The notes below the pieces were generated by a model. The model had not been told where the DNA came from. It ran no database searches and saw only the letters and a list, made by a program, of their open reading frames with translations. DNA of 64,000 bases from a virus. Every line of letters starts with the position of its first letter. Position 1 is the first letter of the stretch. A program made the translations under genes and the position numbers. The DNA lies in the IMG/VR virus record IMGVR_UViG_3300007538_000020, positions 1-64,000 of that record; one strand, given 5' to 3'. Below, piece by piece: positions 48,701 to 58,500 of the stretch.

Positions 48701-49524
48701 TCGTTTAATTGTTTTTCAAATAACTCTTCGTTACTATTTTTAAATATACTTTTAATATACTTTAATATTCTTTGTATTATATTATCTGTTTTAGTATCAG
48801 ATTTATTTTTGTTATTATGGATATAATTATTAATTAATTTACCCATAGTTTCTTTAACTAATAACTCTTCGTTATTATCATATTCATTAGAATATGTTTC
48901 TAATACATTATTATATTCAGTTGTATTTTTAGATAATTCGTATAATCTATTATATAAAGTAGGATTTTTAACTTTTAACATTTCTACTAAAAAGTGAGCA
49001 GCTTCTTCTCCTAGTACTGTACTATCTAATTTATCCTTAGATACTTTAATAACTTTATTTAGAATATCTGCTAAAGCATCTGCTTTTAAATTCTTTCTTG
49101 TAGTTAAATTATCAACAACTTCTACCGATATATCATTGTTATTTAAAAAGTTAGTTATTATATCTAATAATTTAGATTCTGTTTTATCAACAGTCTCTTC
49201 TTTTGTATCCATTGATTTTTTAATAGGATTAAAAGGAGGAATCTCTTTATCAAAAGATGGTGATAAAGAATAAAATATATTATTCTTATTATCAACTTTT
49301 TTAAATAACTCTTTATTAGGAACAGCTTTAGTTCCATTATTTTCTTCATAGAACCATTTACCTTCTATATCATATCTTTCTATTCCGTTTTGAGTTAATA
49401 GTTTATTAACCTCTCTAAACTTCTTTAAATCAGTAATATTTAGATAAGGGTCTATTACATTATTTCTTTTCAAATAATCTTTAGCGTTAGCTTCTGCTGT
49501 TTTATAAGGTAATTTACAAGACAT
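45721..49524 (-). CDS. Large crAss-like virion/ejection (cargo) protein with degenerate zincin-like motif
   Basis: 1267 aa; LGEEAAH motif; adjacent to the virion RNAP. Confidence 0.75.
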   Translation of the reverse strand: MSCKLPYKTAEANAKDYLKRNNVIDPYLNITDLKKFREVNKLLTQNGIERYDIEGKWFYEENNGTKAVPNKELFKKVDNKNNIFYSLSPSFDKEIPPFNPIKKSMDTKEETVDKTESKLLDIITNFLNNNDISVEVVDNLTTRKNLKADALADILNKVIKVSKDKLDSTVLGEEAAHFLVEMLKVKNPTLYNRLYELSKNTTEYNNVLETYSNEYDNNEELLVKETMGKLINNYIHNNKNKSDTKTDNIIQRILKYIKSIFKNSNEELFEKQLNEVLKESSSYLLEGTSFDIRNFLSTDTLYSISGKKTGVKAIDDEIRRQQKVIDVLKSQRVKGNETKNNKINARITAIENYIKKLVKTRDIGLIEDLAKSQVDKVEQLFNNFTSLSREEKEDLYAIANDYLSAWRNLSKIIQYEDEELNKNLSLISDKASRLLDNVNKLYINNYLNDIFISNPHDPRNLFINPTETNFFEAQFLDISVSKIPLFRKIYELLDRASFSAYESAKEFEEETSKEVKLLKEWAKANNIKDEKLWDLFVQKDNKGNLTGNYITNIKQEFYDIRSKLLKEAKETKKWNKYYKFLEENTDIIVDNDKYNKAKSEAKLLYTDVDGNVNEALFTEWIKEHNPTNGKKKYLYIEYKPKESLWKDDRYTKIENTPELQRFYNYFVTKLDERKGVLPVNMQSNFIPELKRSMLHELSKKKMTDIFRGLGPAFVKYFSEPLDAVKDYSLQDPLTGRPQKKIPVYMVSGKLNADEKSYDLEKVLNAFAVMSYSYEYKAAVEDPIIIARNIFKTLKERIEVEGKNKTNKYGEMIELLNGNKQSIDQLEYYIDSMLYDKHREDHTSKIGTVEVEGEVRKITIGNIIDRFIDYTRLKGLSFNAFSAVTNTLFGTISNFIHAAGNVDYTESQLRRAVLLATSIVKPNSKVYNLAKEFNLVKDATDTFYESGSIGKKMGDVLFFAQIHTEKFVQSQTMIATMLNIKLKDKNGKEHTLFDAFDDNGKFKKDEFPDYNYGDGSQNKFELYKKIQQINKYVHGNYDPDSPIKIKSQTWGRMIMIFRRWLPQAISARIGKEYYDERLGRTMKGRWISAMDTYKNTDLVNYVKMLGTEILSQLSFRLYKSNSFEGLSEIDQENMRKNVAELRLILTLIAASSILKSIELDDDDEKVALLTFITNQSMRIEGELSFFVSPVSQIKILRDISPVTKSIVDVYELIPAAIRAIQGEDKIKTGYNKDKSNFVRKVKKVIPVVNHIQRLEELENLNLDSRYTR

Positions 49525-49547
49525 TTAATTGATATTTTATTTTTATA

Positions 49548-52500
49548 TTAAAAAGGAGGAGGACCACAATCGTCACCTTCTACCATATCTTCATCAGTTA
49601 TTTGATCTCTTAGATCGTCTATAGTTAATTGACTTGGGTCTAATAAAGATCCAAATGGAGAACTAGTAGGAAGTAAATCAGAATTTAAAGTAGGTGTTTC
49701 TTCTTTATTTATAGGAACTTCTACTGCTACTTCATTAACAGATTTAGTTAAAAAAGAGTTCATAGAATATTCATTATTTAATTGATTTACTTTTTCAAAT
49801 ATTCTATGAGTATCTGTTTCATCATATATCATATATAATTCACTTCTTCTTTTTTCTTTATTATACAGTTTAACAAAATCTGTTACTAATAAAGTATCAG
49901 GAGTAGTATTTTTAGTTATATCTATAGATACAGTTCTCTTATCTTTTGAAAATCTACCATTAACTATTTCAGGAGCTTTATTAGGATTGTTTCTAAAGAA
50001 TTGTTGGACAAATAATTTAGACATCTTTATCTCATTAATAGGATTATTATTTAGTATAGAATAAAACTCTTTAGAATTATAAGCATCTCCAAATCCAATA
50101 GATACTAAATACTCTATAGGAATAATAGAACTCAATCCATTAGAACTTCTTAGACCACCTGTTGTTAAATAAGAATAAGCTATTAAATCTTTAGCTAATA
50201 AAGCTTCTTCTGCATTATCAGAAGATAACATATCAGCTACAGTTTTCATACCATAAATTCTTTCAGTTGATTCTAATTGGTTTGTATTTAAAGTAATCTT
50301 ATCTACAAATAATTCTTTATTATCAGCTAACTCAATATTCATTCTTTGCATTAACCAATTATCAGGATTATCTGTTTTATATTTTAATAACCTGGCTCCT
50401 ATTCCTTTAAGAATATTTTTTCTATATTCATCAAAAGTTACTTCTGTAGAATAAAGATTATTTTTCTTATAAGTCATTAAGAATTGAATTAATGCTTTTT
50501 TAACATCTCTACTTAGTTTTTGAGATAACTCATCACTACCTAAAGATTTTAAAATATCAGCATTAATATCATAAAACAACTTACTATTATATGGATATAA
50601 ACTATTATTGTTATATAAACTTATAACAGGTCTATAAGCTTTATCCATTAACTCACCTGCAAATGTTTTAGTATAAAAATCATCTACATTTCTAAATGGT
50701 AAAGCTTTAACAGCTTCTTCTGAAAGTTGAGTACTCTCTCTATATTTATCTGATAGATTTATGTTTTTAACTAAATCAGTAAAGTTTTTACCTACTGATT
50801 GAGTATCTATATTTAAACCATTTATAACTTCAGTTAATTTAGCAGCTGTATTACTATATTGCATATAAGTATGTAATATTTTTAATTGAGCTTCATAGAA
50901 TAATATCTTTTGTTGATTATTTAAAGATTCTAAATTTTTATTAATTTTTAAATTATTCTCTAAACCTTTTTTAGAAAATATACCAATATCAGTAGCTGTA
51001 AATGGTTTACCTTTTAATTCTTTTATTTTATTATTAAAATAATTTATAGTTTGTATTTCAGCTTCTTCTTCATAAGTAGTCTTTACATACTTATTTAAAC
51101 TTGATTTACTAGCTTTTAAAATTTCAATATATTTAACAATAGCAGGTTGTTTTAAAAAGCCTACAATCAAAGATAAATCATCTATACCAGATATTGCTAT
51201 ATACATAGCTGTAGGTAATGTTTCTATATTTAAATTAGCTTTATTCAACTGTTGCTCTTTAGCGTTATCCACAGCAGCAGATTGGAATATCTGTAGTATA
51301 TCTGATATATAGGTATTGTTAACAACACCTCTTATTTTATTAAGTTTAAATAATCCAAATAATTCTTTATTATTATAAGAACCTGCTTTGTCTAAATCAA
51401 CATCAGTATATAATTCATCTGAATCATCTTTTTTAAATTTAACTCCTTTTATAACATCATTTGTTTTTAAAGCAAAATTAGTATACTGAGCTTGAGAAAA
51501 GAAAGTAGAAAATAAAGAAGTAATACCAACTGCTGTTTTACCTACTACGTTAGATTCGAAATAAGCATCTTGTGTTACTGAAGAAAAAGGACTTATTACT
51601 TCTGTTTGTTCATCATATTGACTATAGTGATCATTCACTTCTTTTAACACATCAATTTCGTTTGGCTTCAACATTCTTTCTAATAACTTAGGATTAGTAA
51701 GAACATCTAAGTACATATCTATTATCTTATTCTGTCTGGCTTTTAAAGTATTCTGAGCAGCAGGTGATTGTTCTTTAAAGGTTTCAAAGTCAGGAATATA
51801 TTTTTTATTTATCAATTCATTTATTAAAGATTTTTTACTTGTTATATAATCCTCTTCTATTTCTTTAAATTCTTTATTTAAAAATAAAGTCTTAACATTT
51901 AATAACTCTATTTTTTCTCTTATTTCATCTTCTTCTTCTCTAGTTTTAGCTTCTTCTAATTGTTCAGCATAATCTTCTAATAGACGTTGAGTATCTTTAT
52001 TACTCTTTATTGCTTTCTCATACTCTTTCTTATAAAATGAGAATGTTTTGAGTTTTGATTTATTCTCTCTTAAATATAAAGCTAATAACTCTTCTACTTT
52101 TTCAACATACCTATTCTCTACATCTTTCTCATCTAAAGATTCACTATATTTAACTACTTGTTTAGTTATAGGATCTACGTTTTTAAAATAAATATATAAT
52201 TTATCAACGTCAAAGTCAGATCCCATTCTCTTCAACATCTCAGGAGAAACTACAACTAAGTCTCCCATAGAAGGAGGTAAGAATCCTTGAATTTTTAATG
52301 GAACCATTAAGTTATGTCCTTGGTTAGGAATCCTAAAACCAACTACTCTTAATAATTCTTCAGGTATATTATTAATATCGCTAAAATAACTTTTAAAGAT
52401 ATTTGGTAAATATATTCCTTCAGGTAATGTTCTAGCTTCTTCATTAGATTTTTGATTAAACCTTTCATTTAAAATATCAGATAAAGCTCTAGCTTGAGAT

Positions 52501-55500
52501 ATATCTGTAGTAGCAAATTGATCAGTTAATGTTTTACCTTTAGCTTTTTGATATAAATCTTTTTCTAAATCTGGATTTTCATTTAAATATTGTTCCCATA
52601 AAGATTTATAAGCTTGGTAAGACTCTTCTTTAGTCATTTTATTTAAAGGTGCTTTACCTTTACCTAATTTCCAATCGTTACCTTGAACTCTATATCCTTT
52701 AACATCTAATTGATATGCTTCCTCTATAGTTCTACCATCATTTAATTTAGCATATAAAGCACTAAATCTTTTATCTCCTTTAGAAGAAACTTCATAATTA
52801 TTTTTATTTTCTTTTTTATATCTACTCCAATCTATTTTTGTTTCTGATTCAATAGATAAGGTATCTAATGAATTACTATTATCTCTAATATACTGAATCT
52901 TATTTTTTGCATTTTTAAATAATTCTGATTCTGTATCTATTACTTTATTAAATGCAAAGTTAGAAGCTTGAACAAATGATTTACCACTCATCTTCTGTTT
53001 TACTAATTTATTAGTAAAAATAGATAATAAGAGTGATTCTATTTGTTCAGAGTAAGGTGTTAAGTATAAAGGAATTAAGAATTTATTATCAAGTGTTTCT
53101 AAAGCTTGTAAAAAGTTTTCATCAAATCCTCTTGACTCAGCTTCTCTTAATATTACTTCTTTAAATTTATCTATATTATTTATTTGATACCTTTTAGTTT
53201 CAGGATCATAATAAGACTCTAAAGTAGCTACTATTAAGTTTCTATAATTCTCTTGTACTGTATATAAGTGTAAGTCTTCGAACAATGCTTTTTTCTCTTC
53301 TGCATTAGCATCAAATTCTTTTAAAGCTTCAAAGAGAAGTTTTCTAGCCTGAGAAACTAAGTTTACTTTATTTTTCTCTGCATCGAAAGGAACTTCTTGC
53401 TGTAGTCTCATACCACTCCAAGGAAGAACATTTATGTTATCGGGATCTAAATCTAATAACTCATAGTTTTCATTTACAATTGGTTGTATACCTTGTGAAC
53501 CTATCTTAGAAGCAGATTCAAAAAATAGTATATCTACAGGATTATCTTTATTTTCCATTTTATCCTTTAACTCTTTTAATTGAGTAAAGTTATTATTATT
53601 AACTAATTCGTTAATCAATGGAAATGCTGAGAACTTAATATATTTAGGTACATATACTTTTAAAGTATCATCCCATACATCCTCCACGTATACAGGTTTC
53701 AGAGGTCCTAATACTTTGTATAAATCTTTATTAGATAGTTTTTGATTATTTCTTATCTTATTAATAATTCTCTTATAATCTTTATCTAATCTACCTAAAC
53801 CATCTAACATTTTTTCATAAGTATCTAAGGTTACTATTGCCTGAGCATCAGTACCATTCATATCTTTAGAATACTCTTCAACTAATTTATCATAAGTTTT
53901 CTTATCTTTAACAATTGATTTTAAGTCTTCTAAAAATTTATCTTTATTTTTTAAAGGATAATAAATATCTTTAACGATAGCAGCTCTAAATGAACCTTCT
54001 AAAAAGAAGTCTAAACCAGGAGCTAAGTTTTTAGCAGCTCGTTTTGAAGCATCATCAAGGTTTTTAGTAAAAGCTAAATCGTTATCCATCAAACTAGAAT
54101 ATACAATTTGAGATAATAAACTATTATATATATAACTATCTAATAAGTCTATATCTTTATCTTTTTGTTTAGAATAATTTACATCAATATATTTAGATAA
54201 TATATTTCCTTTATTATTTACTAAATTAAGTTTTTGTAATTGTTTTATTTTTTCTTCTTTAAGCTTAATGAAAATATCATTTAAAGCATTTAATATTTGT
54301 TCCTTATGTACTTCTGGATTATATAAAGGATCAGTTAATAAGAAAGTAGAGTTCTCTGTAGATAAACTTGTTTTATTTAAAGTTGGAAATATTACAAATT
54401 TAAAAGCTTCCCCATCTTTACTTAATTTATCTTTTTTGTAATGATAGTTTAAAACTAACTTTGATTCTAATCTCTTTTTTAGAGCTGGGTCAGTTGTAGT
54501 TTTTATAGCATCTATTAATCTATGAGCTTCTCTTATTCTATTAAACTCTGATATATAAATACTATATAAGTTATTTAAAGATTCAGAATCTAATCTATTA
54601 TTAACAAAAGATACTCTAAACTTAGGCATTTTAATAAAAGGAATAGTAGGTTTATCTGACTGAGTAGGAGATATAAACCAACCTGTACTATTACCTTCAT
54701 TCATAAAACCAATCAATTTAGTTATCTCTCTTTCTTGAGGAGATAAGTTTTTAAATGGTTTACCATTACCATAATCTCCTATTTTATTAAAGTTAGAGAA
54801 TATAGCATATTCAAAATTAGTAGAATTCCACTCACCTGAATTTAATTTCTGTGTAATAAAACTATCTTTATGAAAAGGACTATTATTTAAAGCTAATCTA
54901 AAAGTAGAATTAGCATTAAATAAATCTCTCATTTTTTTAGATAAAGCGTGATTAGCAAAAACAGAATAAATGTTTTTACCCTCTTCGTTTCTAAACATAG
55001 TTGAGTAAACGTTATTATTAGTTAATAATTCAGCTAATGATAACATTTTAATATTGTTACTTTCTTTAGAAAAAGGATTATTATCTATCGCATTATCACC
55101 TTCTTTTATTGATTCTAATGATTCAAATATTCTATAAACAGAAGATAAGAATTTAGTAGCAGTGTATTTTCTATTAATTAATTGAGGACTATTAACAATT
55201 ATACTTATAGTTTCAGGACTAATATCTATACCTAAATCTTTTAATAATGGTCTTAAATAAGATAATTTAACTTCAATACTCTGCTGATTATCTTTTATAA
55301 TTCTATAATTCTCTAATATTTTATTTATTCTTTTTAAATCATAAACTAATTGATTATTAGAATATTTTACATTCTTATTTAAATTTGTATTTTTAAAGTT
55401 TTCATACCAATTAGTTATTATTAATTCATTAGCTTCTCTTCTATTAGAATAAATAAATCTTAATGTATTATTATTGTCATTTTTAGTAAACTGAGCTGTA

Positions 55501-58500
55501 ACAAATTTAGCATGTTGTTTACTAAAGTTAGACATGAATTCTTTATAAACAGCAACAGAGTCTTGATTTTTAGAATTCTTAAACTCATTTAATTTCTCAG
55601 CTATGTAATGATACATTGAATTATATCTACCTAATTCTTGTAACCTATCATATATTTCTTCTATAGGAACATTAGATAAGTTTAATACTAAGTTATTATA
55701 TACTACATCATAAGGTAGATAAGATGTCATGTTGAAAATATTAACTTTATTCTCAAACGCACCTTTAGTATTCTTTATTCTTTCAGGAATAAAAGCTAAA
55801 AACTTTTTCATTCTGGCAGAAGCTGAATCTTTTGGATTAACCTGAAATGCTTCTCTACCATAAGATTCTGAACCAATAGAATCTAACTCTAAATCTTCAT
55901 CATACTCATCTTCTAATAATTCAGAGTATGTTATGATTTTATCAAGACTTTTTATATAAGCAATAGATTTTTCTACTATTTTTTTGAAAGTAGGATTATT
56001 AAAATCATTTGCTAGAATAGATTCATATCTTTCTAATATAGGATCTTCTGAATCTAGTAATTCTATTTCTTCTTTAGTTTCTAATAATATATTTTTTAAT
56101 TTACTAACAGCTTCATCTATTTTTTTATCTGGATTACGTAGAATAAAATCCAATAATACTTTACTTGATGATTTTAATATTTCATCAGTTTCGAAAATAG
56201 ATAATTCAGGAACTAAGAAGTTTTCATATAAATCATATGATTTTTCTTCAGAGTTTAATTTATTATTAGAATATTTGTTATCATAGTTTAATATATCAGA
56301 TACATGCTTATCTACTAATTCATAAATAGAATTATTTTTAGTTGATATACCAAATAAAGATTTAATAAAATCTATAAACTTATCAAATACAGATTTATCT
56401 TTATCAGTATTTTTTAATCTTTCTTTAAACTCTTTATTAGAAAAAGCTTCTGATAAGAATTCATCTATTGATGATAAAGCATAATTGAACTTATCATCTT
56501 TTATTTTCTCTTTAGCTTCTTTGTATAATTGTTGTAGATCTTTATTACCTGTGTGTTTATGTAAAGCAGCGTGTAATAATTCGTGTACTATTACATATTC
56601 TATATCTCTTGAAGACTTTTTAATAGCTTTAGTATTAATAAGAATTGTATTAGTATTAGCATTATATTTAGCTATCTTTTTATCCTGAGCATAGTAATAT
56701 TTAAAGGTAGGTAAATTACCTTTTAAGTTATTTAATATCTTATCATAAATAATACTTAATTCAGGATCTTTACTAATTAGTTCTGGTAATACATCATATT
56801 CATTACCTACTAATTTAGTTAATTGTCTTATGTTATGTATATTACCTAATTGTGAATTGAAAGTAACACTAGAATCTATAAAAAATAAGTCATTAGGATT
56901 TTCTACATCATCTAAATCGATTACTTTACCTAAAGGATTTGTTTTACCAGATGATTTACCTTTAGGAGGAGTTTTAGGTGGAGTTTTAGGCTTAGGCTTA
57001 GGCTTAGCTTTTGGCTTAGGTTTAGCTTTAGGTTTAACTGATTTAGTAGCAGGTTCGTTTTTGTTAGTTAAAGCTTTATTAATATATGCTTCGGCAAACT
57101 CTCTTATATTTTTAAAACCTTGTTTATCTTTTTTATATTCAGCTAAAATGCTAGGATATTTCTTAGCAATATTTCCTACAGCTTTTTCAGTTTGTACATA
57201 TTCTAAATCTTCATTTGTAAATTTAGTATTTTCTGTATCAGGTATTAGTACTTCTTTATTATTAGGTTTATAAGTAGATTCTTCTTTTTTAGAAGTTTCA
57301 TCTATAACTTTAAATGATATTACTGGTTGTAAGTTATAATACTTTTTACCAGGATTACTTTCACTATAAGGTAAACCTTTAACATTAGTTGTTAAGTTTC
57401 TACCAAGAAACTCTCTATTACTTATTTTACCTTTATAAACTAATTGGTTATTATCAAATTCCATATTGATATAATCACCTTTAAGTATATTATATCTAAG
57501 GTTAGATAATAATTCTCTTATTTTAGATTCATCTTTATTAGTAAAATATTCAGTAGTCCATCCTCCTTTAGAAGACTTAGTAGTGAATATTCTAATTTCT
57601 TTTGTTTTACTATCTCTAACTACTTTAAAGTTATTAGAGTTATTACCATTATAAACAATATAATTCAATAGTTTTGAAGCAGAATTAATTTCCGCAGGAA
57701 AACCTAATTTAGCTAATTCTGTTGGGTTATCATATCTATCCCAATTTTGTAATATATATAGAGCTTTTTCTATAGCATTTTGATCTAATTGTCTAGGAAC
57801 AACAGCCCATGGCATTAATACTTTTTTATTAGGATTTTTAGAACCTCTTGCGAAAGTAGGTATTAATGCGAATACAGTACCTTTTTTAAATTTATTTACA
57901 TTACTAACATCTATTTCACTATCAGATAAATCTGGGTTACCTATTATTTGTAAAGCATTAACATCATCTGCATAACCAAATGCTATATCAGAATCTAATG
58001 TTTGACCATCTCCTAACTTTTCTACTAAACTACCATAGTTATCTGTTTTATTAAACACACCATTATTCTTATCAGTTATTTCTATAGTAACTGGATTATT
58101 ATTAGTTACTAAACTATCAAATAATTTAGTTCTTAATTCTAATAATTGTTTCTGAGCTTCTTTAGTATTTTTTTCACTTATTAATCTTGCTATGTTAGGA
58201 TCTATTCTATCTAAACTAGTTACTTGATTTTGGAAAGCATGTACATAAGCTACTTTCTTATTATTAGAATCTACTATAACATAAGGAATCTTATGTAAGT
58301 TTTTAGAGTTTATCTCTATATTATTCTCCTTAGCATATTCCTCATCTATAATAATTGAAAATCTCTCACCTGGTAATATCTTATCTCTATCTAATAAATC
58401 ATTGTTTATTAAATTATTAATAACAAGATTACCATTTTCATCATAGACATCTTCTAAATCTTCATTTTTTTCTATATGAAGATAAGCAAAGGTTATGATA

